Shown here: in pieces, positions 39,833 to 53,139 of the stretch
Numbering within the stretch: the first letter of the stretch is position 1
Layout of the letters: each line of letters begins with the position of its first letter
Assembly: GCA_964016885.1 (NCBI GenBank)
Contig: OZ024741.1
Coordinates: 218,860,001 to 218,924,000, forward strand
Origin: Eledone cirrhosa
Lineage: Eukaryota
Direction of reading: 5' to 3'
Length of the DNA stretch: 64,000 nt
Translations under genes and position numbers: made by a program
The notes under the pieces: model-generated
Told to the model about the DNA's origin: nothing
Seen by the model: only the letters and a program-made list of their open reading frames with translations
Databases searched by the model: none

Positions 39833-40299
39833 ATATATATATATATATATGTGGGGGTGGGGGGTCTGTGTATGTGTGTGTATGTGCGTGTTTTATATGC
39901 ATGTGTGTGTCTGTATACATATGTATATATGTATGTAAGTATGTAAGTACGTATGTAATTATGTGTATGTGTGTTGTGTGTTGTGTAGAGGGAGAAGGAG
40001 GGTTAACTGTGTGGGTGGTTGATTGTGTGTAACAAGCAGTTAGGTGGAGTGATGAGGTGGTGGTGGTAGAAGAAGGAGAGCAGAGACAAGGTTTGAACCC
40101 TCGTTCTTATCTTTCAATTCAGACTCATTCAGAAATAGCAGCCAAAATTCCTCACATCACAACGATTATATAGGCCGCACGTGTCTATGTTTATGTCCTA
40201 CCAGTTCGACAAAACAAAAAAAAAATAAAAAAAATAAAAAACAAGAGATCGGTAAAATAAGTAAGAGACTTGGAAATATAAATACTGGGGTTGATACCT

Positions 40300-40930
40300 A
40301 CTTCTTCACGCATTTATTCCTGAGAGGGTCGTGGAGGGGGTGGGGGCAGATTCCTCAAACACTCCTTCCAGCGGGCCCTGTCTGAAGGAACCGTCTCCCA
40401 ACCGAGACCAACTGAGCTCATGGATGTTATCCAACCATCTTGCTCGGGGTCTACCCTCGGGTCTCTGGCCGACTGGTTTTTGTCCGTAAAGTCTGTTCAA
40501 CAATTCTTTCCTGAGACATTCTGACCACATGTCCGTAGTATCGGAGCTGTTGTCCGTAGTATCGGAGCTGTGGTCACTCAATTCGGCGAAGTTGTGGTTC
40601 TACCTTCAGTGGAACTCCATTCAGAAGTAGAGTGCACTGCGCAGACTTCCTAGAAAGGCCGAGTGTCTCAGTTTTCGCAGCACTGATTTTCATTCCAGCC
40701 ATGCAACACTATCAAGAGCTTGTCGAAGATCACTTTCTCACAATTTAAGTAGTACCATGTCATCTGCAAATTCCAGTCGACTAATTCTATACCTGCCAGT
40801 CTTGATACCACTTCCCACAGGGCTGCGCATGTCAATCCTGTTTATGTAAATAACGAACAGGTGAGGTGACAGCACGCACCATTGGCAGAATCCGACTCAC
40901 AGAATGAATGGATTCGATTTAACACCATTT
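40300..40930 (-). mobile_element. Degenerate RTE-type LINE fragment
   Basis: Minus strand CVLSPHLFVIY...LEFADDMVL and GQRPEGRPRARWLDNI, with stops and deletions. Confidence 0.75.
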
Positions 40931-41215
40931 ATCCGAACACAAATACTCGGGCATTTGTATAAACTCTATACGAATGCCCGAGTATTTGGGTTTCCTAATC
41001 TTTTTCAAACGCGAAACCCTTTTTGATTCAAAAACCTTGAGGGGGAGGGGACCCCCAAAGTCTACTACTGATATATGGTCGTAATATAAATATACACCTC
41101 TACCTTTTTTCACGTAACCCCAGACACGCCTTTGTGGAACCCACTTTGGGAACCACTGGTAGAGAGACATCAGGGCAACAAGAAGCCGACCATCGACCCC
41201 CCCCCCACACACACA

Positions 41216-41271
<56 letters not shown>

Positions 41272-41803
41272 TCTCTGTTACTACCTCTCCTCCTCCTCCT
41301 TCTTCCCGTTTGACCTGTGCGTAATTCTTTTCTTTCGCACCCTTGGTCTGGCAAGTCGCTTTTTTTCTCTCTCTCTCGTCTACGATTTCACAGAACTTTC
41401 GTTCACCGAATTCACAGACTAGATCCCTTCTTCCTCCCGTTAGACCTGTACGGAATTCCTTCCTTGCTCACATTCCAACCAGGTTTGATAGTCTTTATTC
41501 TCTCTCGTTCACGATTTCACCGAATTTATATTCATGGAAATTTGGGACTTGACTCCTTCTTCCTCATTTTTCGTTGCTTCACCATCTTTGTTTGTTTACA
41601 CTCTCGTGTCCCTTTTATTTACGTGTCCCAGCGACTTTTTTTAGCCGTTGCTCGCACCAACCGGAGGTATATGGTCTTTAAAGCGATGAAATACCAATGA
41701 TGGTTGGAAGATCACTGATGAAGGACTAACTTTATTCATATATATATATATGGTTTTATAAATATAGTTTTATAAATATAGTTTCCATTTATTTAATATC
41801 ATA

Positions 41804-41835
<32 letters not shown>

Positions 41836-41929
41836 TATGATATTAAATAAATGGAAACTATATTTATAAAACCATATTTATTCTATTATATATATTTCAA
41901 GGGAACCAAATATATATATATATATATAT

Positions 41930-42052
41930 AGGAAAATAGTCAGGACTCCGAGGCTGAGCTCCGGCCGTTTCAACAGCTAGATTCGAACAGTTCGGATCTA
42001 GTTGTCGAAACAGCCAGAGCTCAGCCGTCGGGGTCCTGACTATTTTCCTATA
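41930..42052. mobile_element. Fold-back HHR-half palindrome (family A')
   Basis: AGGAAAATAGTCAGGACTCCGAGGCTGAGCTC...GAGCTCAGCCGTCGGGGTCCTGACTATTTTCCT in (TA)n. Confidence 0.75.
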
Positions 42053-42320
42053 TGTATATATATATATAGAAAGAGAGAGATAGAGGAGGTAGGGGAGAGG
42101 GAGAAAGTGGAGCAGATGTAGAGATAGATAGACATATAGGTATAGGTAGGTAGTTCAAATCCCGCCGAGGTTAACTTTGCCTTTCATCCTTACGGGGTCG
42201 ATAAAATAAAGTACCAGTAATGCACTAGGATAATTGCTGGCCTTGGGCCAATAGTAGAAACAGGTAGGTAGATAAGTAGACAGACAGGTACATAGATAGA
42301 TGACCAGCTAGCAGAATAAA

Positions 42321-43036
42321 CAGGAAGGGATCTGCCAGTGCTCGGACACCTGAACACAGTGACAACTTCCGTTAGACTCCTTGTCTTGTACTATTTTAGT
42401 TAGGGTTGAATTACCGAACATGGAACCGTACGGTGGGTCAGTTTGGAGGAAATCAGGTTTTACCAGGAAGGGTTCTACCAGTGCTCGGACACCTGAACAC
42501 AGTGACAACTTCCGTTAGACTCCTTGTCTTGTACTATTTTAGTTAGGGTTGAATTACCGAACATGGAACCGTACGGTGGGTCAGTTTGGAGGAAATCAGG
42601 TTTTACCAGGAAGGGTTCTACCAGTGCTCGGACACCTGAACACAGTGACAACTTCCGTTAGACTCCTTGTCTTGTACTATTTTAGTTAGGGTTGAATTAC
42701 CGAACATGGAACCGTACGGTGAGTCAGTTTGGAGGAAATCAGGTTTTACCAGGAAGGGTTCTACCAGTGCTCGGACACCTGAACACAGTGACAACTTCCG
42801 TTAGACTCCTTGTCTTGTACTATTTTAGTTAGGGTTGAATTACCGAACATGGAACCGTACGGTGAGTCAGTTTGGAGGAAATCAGGTTTTACCAGGAAGG
42901 GTTCTACCAGTGCTCGGACACCTGAACACAGTGACAACTTCCGTTAGACTCCTTGTCTTGTACTATTTTAGTTAGGGTTGAATTACCGAACATGGAACCG
43001 TACGGTGGGTCAGTTTGGGGAAAATCAGGTTTTACT
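42321..43036. repeat. 143-bp tandem repeat, ~5 near-identical copies
   Basis: CCAGTGCTCGGACACC recurs at 42335, 42478, 42621, 42764 and 42907. Confidence 0.95.
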
Positions 43037-43169
43037 CGAACTTTGCACTGAAATACGATTTAGTTGTGACAAACACCTTGTAGCTTCCTGAAAAGAGTGT
43101 TTTTTTACAGCTGGTGCGGAGGGCCCCATCCACGGGTGAATGGATGGTATCTATCAGACAAAGTAAGAA

Positions 43170-44580
43170 TAGTGGCTTGGCAGGATTGGTAGAGCATTGT
43201 GGTATTTGTTGTGGTGCTTTCCATTCTGAGTTGAAATCTCGTCTAGGATAACTTTGTACCCTTCTGGGGGCGATAAAATAAAGGACCAGTCAAGTACTGA
43301 GATAGGTTTAAACAACTTTGCCCCTCCCCCACAAATTGCTGGCTTTGTGCCTAAATCAGAAACCATTGGCAGTATCGGTAGAAGGTCGGACGCCATGATT
43401 TGCACCATAGAGTTAGGCCCCTTTATAGTCTGTGTTCAAATCCCGCCGAGGTTCACTTTGTCTTTCATCCTTACGGGGTCGATAAAATAAAGTACCAGTA
43501 ATACACTGAGGTAATTGCTGGCCTTGTACCAAAAGTAGAAACAATTATTATTATTCTTTAGATTGGCAGTCTCGGTAATATGTTGGACAACATGCTTTGA
43601 GGTACATAGTTACAGACTTTTATGTTTTAAGTTCAAATCCCGTCGGGGTTAGCTTTGCCTTTCATCCTTGCGGGGTCGATAAACAAAGCACCAGTAATGC
43701 ACTGGGGTCGATTTAATCAACTTTCTCTCCCCTAAAATCATTCGTCTTGTGACTGTGGGGGATTGGCAGTATAGGTAGAGAGTCGGACGCCATGCTTTCC
43801 AGCATAGTTACGTCCCTTTACGGTCTGAGTTCAAATCCCGCCGAGGTTAACTTTGCTTTTCATCCTTACGGGGTCGATAAAATAAAGTACCAGTAATGTA
43901 CTGGGTAATTGCTGGCCTTGTGCCTAAAGTAGAAACAACTATTTGGATTAAGGGTGGTGAATTGGCAGAGTCGTTAGAGCATAGGACAAATACTGAACAG
44001 TATTTGTTCTGGGTCTTTACATTCTGGGTTCAAATCTCACCGAGGTTAACTTTGCCTTTCATCCTTCCGGGATCGATAAATAAAGTACCAATCACTACTG
44101 GGATTGATTTAATCAACTTGCTCCTCCCAATATTCAACTGGACTTGTGCCTATACTAGAAATCATCATTAATATTTGGATTGGCAGAGTCGGTCGAGCGC
44201 CAGACAACGTATTTTGCAGCATATAGTTAAGGCCCTTTACGTACTAAGTTAAAATGCCTTTCATCCTTACAGGGTCAATAAAATAAAGTACCAGTAACGG
44301 ACTGGGGCCGATTTAATCGACTTTCCCCTCCCCAAATGATTGGCCTTGAGCCTAAGTCAGAAACAATTATTGGTGGTTTGGCAGTATTGGTAGAGTATCG
44401 GACAATATGCTTTGTGACATATAGTTACGTCCCTTTGCGTTTTAATTTTAAATCCCACCGAGGTTAGCTTTGCCTGTCATCTTTTCGAGGGTCGATAATG
44501 TAAAGTACCAGTAACGCACTGGGTCAATGTAATCGATTTACCCCTTTCCCTTCCCTTCAAATTTGTGGCCTTCTGCTAAA
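43170..44580 (+). mobile_element. Head-to-tail cluster of ~7 diverged copies of the abundant SINE family (Meta/MESC-like central domain)
   Basis: Each unit reads TTGGCAGtaTCGGTAGA...GTTCAAATCCCGCCGAGGTTAACTTTGCCTTTCATCCTTACGGGGTCGATAAAATAAAGTACCAG...AGAAAC. The superfamily label is recalled, not searched. Confidence 0.85.
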
Positions 44581-45053
44581 ACTAGGTGGGTACAACATTG
44601 TGTGTTCCTACTTTTGTGGCGGAGGGGTGAAGTAACGACTCCTGTTAATATACTGCCCCGGGCCTTGCTTTAAGGTGAGGTTTAGCTTGTTTGTGAAGGC
44701 GCGTGGCTGAGTGGCAAGAGAATTGGATTCACAATCTTGAGGTTGGGAGTTCGATTCCTGGACCGGGTGATGCGTAATGTCCTTGAGCAAGACACTTTAT
44801 TTCACGTTGCTCCTTCTACCTGGAGTTGCGGCCAATAGACAGTATTAGCAATGGCAAAGACCAACAGAAACATTGTTTCCTCGGTCCGATTTGACGAAAG
44901 TCGCTCGACTGTCTCTTAGCTTGTTTGTTTATTTTTTATTATAAAGATAACAAAATATATATTGACAATGTAAAATCAATAAATAAATATACTTAAAAGA
45001 CGAATAATTGTTCTACAATGACATGAAAGGCCATTGACATTATATGAAATAAT

Positions 45054-45243
45054 AAGGGCGGTGGATTGGCAGTATCGGTAGAGGGTCGGACGCCATGCTT
45101 TGAAGCAAAGAGTTCCGGCCCTTTATGATCTGAGTTCAAATCCCGCCGAGGTTAACTTTGCCTTTCATCCTTACGGGGTCGATGAAATAAAGTACCAGTA
45201 ATACACGGGGATAATTGCTGGCCTTGTGCCAAAAGTAGAAACA
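45054..45243 (+). mobile_element. Full-length SINE with 15-bp TSD
   Basis: ATTATATGAAATAAT is duplicated at 45039-45053 and 45244-45258. Other copies lie near 8720, 9280, 10360, 37710, 42150, 51150, 52680, 54320 and 59450. Confidence 0.9.
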
Positions 45244-45359
45244 ATTATATGAAATAATTGAGCAGTATCTGATAAAAACAATATACGCTATTTAAGGGGT
45301 CAGAAAAAGAAGAAGAAAAGGAGAAAAAGAAAGAAGGGTCAAGCGGTAAAAGAAAGGGA

Positions 45360-45840
45360 GAAGGTGGAGGGACAGTCACTACATCCCAGTCTTAGTGGTG
45401 CCTCAGCCGCGCCCGCGGACAAAACGACAAAAGCGTTACCGCGGAGAATGGGCAAGGTCATCCGCTGCAATAGCCTCACGCGACCCCCTCTTCTACCCAC
45501 TGCAATAGCCACCCCACCTCACGCGACCCCCTCTTCTACCCATTGCAAGAGACACCCCACCTCATCCCCGCGGACAAAACGGGCAAAAGTGTTACCGTGG
45601 ACAATGGACAGAGACATTCGCTGCAACACCCACTCCCATCTCATAGGGCTCCCCCACCATCAAGCGGGTCACCATCTTTCTGACTTTACGGAGGAAACCA
45701 GCAGTGCGAGGACCAGGGCTCATAGAAATCTGGAGGGAGCCCGGTACAAAGAGGAAGCAGTCTGTCGGGCCCCAGTATTTGACTATCCTCCTCTCCTCCG
45801 CCCTAGTGGAAGCGGAACCCAGGTTGGTGGCCATCATTTT
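45360..45840 (-). pseudogene. Degenerate CRE-like RLE C-terminal fragment
   Basis: ATNLGSASTRAEERRIVKY...GPRTAGFL...EWVLQRMSLSIVHGNTF and a duplicated LQRMTLPILRGNAFVVLSAGA align to the C-terminus of 58249-59109. Confidence 0.75.
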
Positions 45841-46891
45841 TGTGTTGTTTTAATGTTTGACATGTTATGTAAGGTATGTGTAATGTGAGTTGTGTTATTG
45901 GGTGTAAATCTTTTAAAATACATGTTGTGTGAGTTGTGTTGCCTTGTTGTACAGGGCGTCAGATGTATGTGATGATTGTTCTGTTTCAGTTGGGTCACTG
46001 GATCAATAATAAAAATGGATAACTTATTAAAACTCTTAGTATATAATACTCGTATAGAAATTGATCTTTAATAAATTGAATATTGGGGCCTGTGCTGTGG
46101 TATTATAATAGGATATGGGCTGTTCCAAGTAGAGCTTTTCTTTCCTTTTTTTTTTCATAGTGTATAGTGTTGTGAGTCCTGGTATGGATGTTATTGTTAT
46201 TATTATTTTTGGTCGATAAAATAAAGTACCAGCCATGTACGGGGTGGAGGACTGATATAATTTGATGGACTACGTGCTGGGACAACATGGTAAACATCAG
46301 CTGGACATATGCCAAGATTGAGGCTAAATGCTCCACTAACCACGTTCTGATACGCACCACATGCAGTTTGATTGCGAGGAGAATAAAGTGCAAAAATATT
46401 TGACAGAAATGCACACAAAAAAACAACAACAACAAACAAACATATAAAAACAAACAATGGATGTCAGGAAATTGAAAATAGAAAATAAAAACAGAAATGC
46501 AGCGTACACTTGCAGCGAATACGACCAACAATTGATAAACATGTTCGGCAACAATATACCAGCTAACATAGGAGGAAAAAAATCGATGTTGGACGGGACC
46601 AGCTGCACAAAACAGCCAACAAAACAGCTGCTTTCATCAGTCGTTTCACCGTCCCTCCACCGCATCCAATAAAAACAGCAACAACAGTAACAATAAGAAT
46701 AAAAACAACATACGGAGAGGATTTATTTGCATTTCTTTTACTGAAAAATAAAAAAAAGGATACAAGAGCTGTTATTTGAAGCATGAAGTACCACATGTCT
46801 GTCTGTCTGTCTGTCTCCTCTCTCCATACATATATATACTTTTATATATTAAAATATAAGTATTAATAAAATAGATGTTCTTTTGATCAAT

Positions 46892-46950
46892 TACATTTTA
46901 TTATACATATTTCGGATGTAAAACAGTACGTCCTCATCAGACAAAATATA
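46892..46950 (-). ncRNA. Type I hammerhead ribozyme motif
   Basis: TATATTTTGT-CTGATGA-GGACGTACTGTTTTACATCC-GAAATATGTATA-ATAAAATGTA. Confidence 0.75.
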
Positions 46951-47049
46951 ATGATACATGACATACCCTGAGATGTTAAATGGTTAAGATTTATTCAAGA
47001 TTTATTCTTAGGCATAATCATTGAATATTGTTTAACACTTTAATATATA

Positions 47050-47160
<111 letters not shown>

Positions 47161-47399
47161 ATATATACGTGTATATTTGTGTGTGTGTATATAAATATAT
47201 ATATGTATGTATATATACACACACACACATATATACACATACACATGTATTTATACAGATACAACTTTATATTTATATATATGATAAAGGTTTATATGAA
47301 TACATATACGATATGTTCAAGTATAATAACCATAGGAGGGTCACATTATGAATGTTTAAAAGGTATTGATCATGTCACAGCTATCTCAGTAGCGGTGAG

Positions 47400-47446
47400 A
47401 ATGCCAGACAGCTGTTTCTGGATTTGTTTCCGTCATCAGTGACATT
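47400..47446 (-). ncRNA. Minimal type I hammerhead ribozyme
   Basis: AATGTCA-CTGATGA-CGGAAACAAATCCA-GAAACAGCTGTC-TGGCATT: 7-bp stem I, palindromic stem III, GUC site. Confidence 0.85.
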
Positions 47447-47464
47447 TATTCACTTTATACTACG

Positions 47465-47495
<31 letters not shown>

Positions 47496-47673
47496 CTTCT
47501 TCTTCTTCTTGTATTTGATTCTGAGGAGTTATTCTAACAGGAATGGAATATACTAGTTAGTCTAATGAAACGGTGATTTCGAAGCAAATCCTCTTTCATA
47601 GAGTGCTCAACTGGTATACCGCCTATGGACGCATCCAAGCAACCTTACTACAAATATATATATATATATATAT

Positions 47674-47761
<88 letters not shown>

Positions 47762-48122
47762 AATTTGTAGTTGACTTGAATCATTGTATATAGTATGTAG
47801 AATACGAAGTTGGAAGCCACGTCAATGCAGGTTTGGACCACGCAAAGAGCACAAAAAGTGGGGTTTGTTCTTTTTTTACCTTAATTATAAATATTAAAAC
47901 CACTTTCGATCAGCACGGTATAGCGAGACCACATCGGACACTGGAATAGTTCCTTTATTTTCGTCGGAAGAAGAGATATTAATCTCGAAATATCAGGTCA
48001 TATAAATATAGGGAAAAAAACAACAAGCCCTTACTTTTTGTGCTTTTTGCATTTTTCTTTTTCTCTGTCCAAACCTGCAATATCGTGGCTTTCCAGCTTC
48101 GAATTCTCGTATATACATATAT

Positions 48123-48228
<106 letters not shown>

Positions 48229-48302
48229 TCAACTGCTGATTAATACTGGAATTCTATAAGAATCCAGATTCTATAATTTTTGGCGGCAGCAGGGGTGTAC
48301 GT

Positions 48303-48344
48303 GGCTCTGATGAACGCCAACCAGCGTGAAACAGACTGTCAGCT
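48303..48344 (+). ncRNA. Minimal type I hammerhead ribozyme
   Basis: GGCT-CTGATGA-ACGC-CAACCA-GCGT-GAAACAGACTGTC-AGCT; predicted cleavage after C48340. Confidence 0.85.
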
Positions 48345-48503
48345 TATCTCCTTTCTTTCGCCGAAAAGAAGTAAGTGACAGTCACTACTTTAAAACTGAT
48401 AGCGTATGGTCTTTTAAATGTTTTTAATTAAACATACGGTATATTGCCAAATATACTATACATACATTCATGTATACATCGTTATTTCAGAACACCAATC
48501 CTG

Positions 48504-48577
<74 letters not shown>

Positions 48578-48581
<4 letters not shown>

Positions 48582-48983
48582 AAAAAGAGATGAAATCGAA
48601 AATGCAACTGGAGTGTTATTTTTTTTTTAAATATATATATTTATTTGGTTCCTTTACCCGTTTCGCAGTTCTTCTGCTTTTCAAAAGGTGAGTTGAGATG
48701 GAGGGTCTGTGGTTTTTCTCACATCTGTGAGAAAAACCACAGACCCTCCATCTCAACTCACCTTTTGAAAAGCAGATGTGAGAAAAACCACAGACCCTCC
48801 ATCTCAACTCACCTTTTGAAAAGCAGAAGAACTGCGAAACCGGTAAAGGAACCAAATAAATATATATATATTTTTTAAAAATAAGACTCCAGTTGCATTT
48901 TCGATTTCATCTCTTTTTCTTTATACTTTCACTCGTGTAGGACACCTCGGTTATTTTTCATTTTGTAAAAAAAACCTCACTTT

Positions 48984-48986
<3 letters not shown>
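48578..48986 (+). mobile_element. Fold-back element with variant-core HHRs (48812-48849 plus; inverted copy ~48651-48688)
   Basis: ~145-bp inverted arms with an internal 50-bp duplication. CCTT-TTGAAAA-GCAG-AAGAA-CTGC-GAAACCGGTA-AAGG; ~60-nt tail; (TA)n flanks. Confidence 0.75.
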
Positions 48987-49028
<42 letters not shown>

Positions 49029-49054
49029 GCGTATAATATCAATATACACACTAC

Positions 49055-49138
<84 letters not shown>

Positions 49139-50091
49139 GTAGTGTGTATATTGATATTATACGCAGGTATATATACATGTAGATATGATACATCAAATAA
49201 AATCGTAATTGACAATATATAATACATAGAAATTGAACGAAGACACCGTTACACTGTCTTATTTAATCAGTAACGTAATCCATTAAAAAATACGATATTA
49301 TATATAAATTGCATTAGGAGAAAATTAGTGACAGAAAATTAGTATGTTTATTTAAGTGATGGCCAACCGGAAGTGTTGACATTTCAGAAATTTTAAAGAA
49401 GTCCCGCGCTCCTTACTTTATTATAGTTTAGATGAGTTTTAAAAAAAAGAGTTAATAAATAAATAAAACGTTATACTTGTCTTACCTTCCCATTTCCAAT
49501 TAAACCGAACGCTATCATGACTGTATGTGTGTGTTTGTGTAAATGTATATGTGTGAATGTATGTTTCTGTGAAAGTATATGTGTGAATGTATGTATATTT
49601 GTGTGAAAGTATTATGTTTGTGTGAAAGTATGTGTGAATGTATGTATATTTGTGTGAAAGAATGTGTATTTGTGTGAATTATATCCGTGAGAGTGTGTTT
49701 GCGCGATTAGAGTTATATACTCATAATAGTTATATACTGATACATACAGATGTATGTATGTGCACAATCATACGTGTCAGGTGTAGAAAATCATAATCTC
49801 TTTATCTCTCTCATCACAAACTCTCTCTTTCTATATATATGGTAGTTGAAGTGGTGGTGGTGGCAACGATATACCGGAAGTGCAACTTTGAAAAGAAGTC
49901 AATTTGAAATTATTTAATTTTACGAAATTATATTTGTTTACGAAATTGAGTACATAAATTATGTAATATTCATTCATTATTTATTCAAAGTAACCCAGCT
50001 TATTTTACAATCGGGGGAAAAATAAACCGTACGCAATCCCGCAGACCTTCCTTTATTATAGTTTAGATAATCAATTAGATTATATGAAGAA

Positions 50092-51712
50092 CTAGCAGTA
50101 AAGCCCTGCGTTGCTCGGGGCTGCTCATTAGTTGTGTTAAAGTTACAATGTTAAGTTCCTTTCTTGGCTTAAAAACTGTAGAGTCTACAGTGTAGACTTT
50201 CATGTGGTACTTTTGATTAATATTCCCTCAACCAACAGTATGCCTTATGAAGTTAAGATAACATAATCATAACTCGAATGTTAAAACAAAAAAGGATGCT
50301 GGGGATAAAAACTGCACTGGTAATCTATTAACAAAAATTGAAAATGTAAACACTGCAACACTTGTCTCAGATAAAACATCAGCATAACCAAACTATCAGT
50401 TATTTTGAAACAAAGAAATTGGATGGACATGAAAAGCAAAAAGAAAATGCAATTTCATCGCCTATCACCTCTCTGCGCGACTGTCTGTCTGCACAACTTT
50501 ATCACCTATATCACTTCTCTGCACGACTGTCTGTCTGCATGCCTCCATCGTCTATCAGCCCGACTGTCTGTCTGAACAACTTTATCGCCTATATCACCTT
50601 TCTGCACGACTGTCTGTCTGCACAACTTTATCGCCTATATCACCTCTCTGCACGACTGTCTGTCTGCACAACTTTATCGCCTATAGCAGTAAAGCCCGGC
50701 GTTGCTCGGGGCTGCTCAGTAGCTGTGTTAAAGTTACAATGTTAAGTTCCTTTCACATTCATCTGTAGAACAAACGTAGCCCATGTGTCAAGTTTGTGAA
50801 AATCAGTTGCGAACTTCAGAAGTTATGACTTTTTGTTGCATTGCACTGCAGTTCTTCAGTCGACTCCAAGGAAGTGGTTAAAAGGGGGTTATCTGCCGGG
50901 AGGCCCTATAATCAATATCTGGAAAAATGAAAATGCCCATGACTATCCGGAGTACATAAGTAACCTATGTCTTAAGTTTGGTGAAAATACTGTAGAAATG
51001 CTTAAGGTTTACACACACACACACACACGCGCGTGTGTGTGTGTATTTGTGTGTGCGTATGTATATGTATGTGTATGTCCGTCGGCGCATACGTATGTAC
51101 TGGCCTAAATCTTCACTATTTACTTTTACTATTTTAAGGCAAAGTTAAAATCCCGTCGAGGTTAACTTTCCCTTTCATCCTTACTAGGTTGATAAAATAA
51201 AGTACCAGTAATGTACTGGTTAATTGCTGGCCTTGTGCCAAAAGTAGAAACAACTATTTTAATAACTTCTGTCATTTTCGTTTACAATTTTATTTACATC
51301 ATTCTTAAATTCCGAAGCTGGAAATCATTCGGTTATTTTAAATAGAATATTAGTCTAACGACTCCATTTATACCATTAACTTGGTCTCCTCTTTGCATGA
51401 AATTGTTCTTCTCGGTCCACTTTTTTTCCCGTTCATTGCCACGGAACTTCTTCACGAACCAAAATATCGTCTTCCTGTTTTTCTTCGGTTGCAATGTCTC
51501 TCGAAATATTTAATTTTGCGTTCACAGATTGAATTTATTAGTTTAAGAAGATCCCGTTAATGTTGAAAGCAGCGATTCTTTGCTTAAACTTTCTTTCTTT
51601 CTCAACCCCTCCCCTTTTTCTCATACCCCCTCTCTCTCTCTCATACCCCCTCTTTCTCACTCTTCCTCGACAGAAAGGAGAACAATAAAGAACGCGCAGA
51701 TCTCTCCTTCTT

Positions 51713-51763
<51 letters not shown>

Positions 51764-51866
51764 ATATATATATGTGTTTGTGTGTGTGTGTGTGTGAACC
51801 AGCATTCGTCGCCATTCTCTCTCTCTATCTGATTATCTTGTACCTCTCTCTGTATAACAACCTATC

Positions 51867-51928
<62 letters not shown>

Positions 51929-52266
51929 TCTCTCTACATCTCCCTTTTTCTCTTTAGATGTATATGTATGTGTGTGTGATATATATATAGAGAGAGAGTT
52001 GCAACATGTATGTAGTTTCATAGATTTTTTAGGGTAGTAGTGAGAGGAATTAAGCGTGTAAGAGAGAGGGTTACAGCATGTATTTAGTTTTATCGATTTT
52101 TTTTCATAGAAGCCGGAAATTTTTGGCAAAGTTTATTACGCGTTGACCAGCCTTGATAAATTTGGAGCACATTGGAAAAAAATCATCAAAATCGGGAGAG
52201 AAATGTGGAAATGCATAAAAATCATACACACAGACAGACATCTTCCGTTTTATAGAGATATAGAGA
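50092..52266 (-). mobile_element. Non-autonomous Helitron-type element(s), possibly composite
   Basis: Minus-strand 5' A|TCTCTATATCTCTATAAAA at 52266 and a 3' GC hairpin followed by CTAG|T at 50092. The 3' segment is duplicated at ~50685, with an internal ~46-bp minisatellite (50455-50685) and a nested SINE. Confidence 0.55.
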
Positions 52267-52349
52267 TTATGGTTGTAAGTACATTTTATCTTATTATATT
52301 GCAACATGTTGCAGGTATATAAATATCTATATAGACTAATAACTGTATA

Positions 52350-53133
52350 AATATAAAACACAAGTATTAATTTGTTTACATTTTTTATATGAGTTACGAA
52401 GGATGTTGATTTTACATTTTACATATATATTTAAGAAAAAGACGTAGTTCAAATTATAAGAGAAGAAAAATTTGTACATTCAAATATTTTCCTCTTTAAT
52501 CTTCAAACTTTTCACACATCTTTCGACGTGGATAATATATAATTGAAATTCTCATCCTTGAAAACATGTAATATAAAATACCTTAAAATCTCACACAAAA
52601 TAATATATAATTTTCTCTACATACTTTCCGCATTTTCTAAGATTCATCAAATCTAATTTTAATAGTTTAACAAATAATTGTTTCTACTTTTGGCACAAGG
52701 CCAGCAATTACCCAGTGTATTACTGGTACTTTATTTTATCGACCCCATAAGGATGAAAGGCAAAGTTAACCTCGGCGTGATTTGAACTCAGAATGGGAAA
52801 GGCCGTAACTCCATGTGTCAAAGCATGGCGTCCGACCCTCTACCGATACTGCCAATCTTCCGCCCTAGTTTAACAAATAATATTGGAGTTATCTTTTCCT
52901 TTAAAATTGAGCAAACATAGACATAATAACTTGTATGATAAATTATGTAATTTCGCTAAATTAATAATGTTCTGTAAATATTTTCAATGTTGGATGAAAA
53001 TATTTGAATCTACAAATTGTTCTTCTCTTATAATTTGAACTACGTCTTTTTCTTAAATATATATGTAAAATGTAAAATCAATATCCTTCGTAACTCATAA
53101 GAAATGTAAACAAATTAATACGTGTGTTTTATA
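52350..53133. mobile_element. AT-rich fold-back/MITE with ~140-bp TIRs and a nested SINE
   Basis: 52350-52492 is the inverse of 52996-53133. The SINE at 52679-52865 (minus) is flanked by a 16-bp TSD TAGTTTAACAAATAAT. Confidence 0.75.
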
Positions 53134-53139
53134 TCTATA

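Noticed and set aside
44696-44770. tRNA gene-like A/B boxes (also at 3580-3655, 24100 and 62110)
   Set aside because: They run directly into the CORE domain and have no proper acceptor stem, so they are SINE heads.
46640-46660. In-frame TGA codons after the signal-like peptide read as selenocysteine
   Set aside because: No SECIS-like structure or selenoprotein homology was recognisable.
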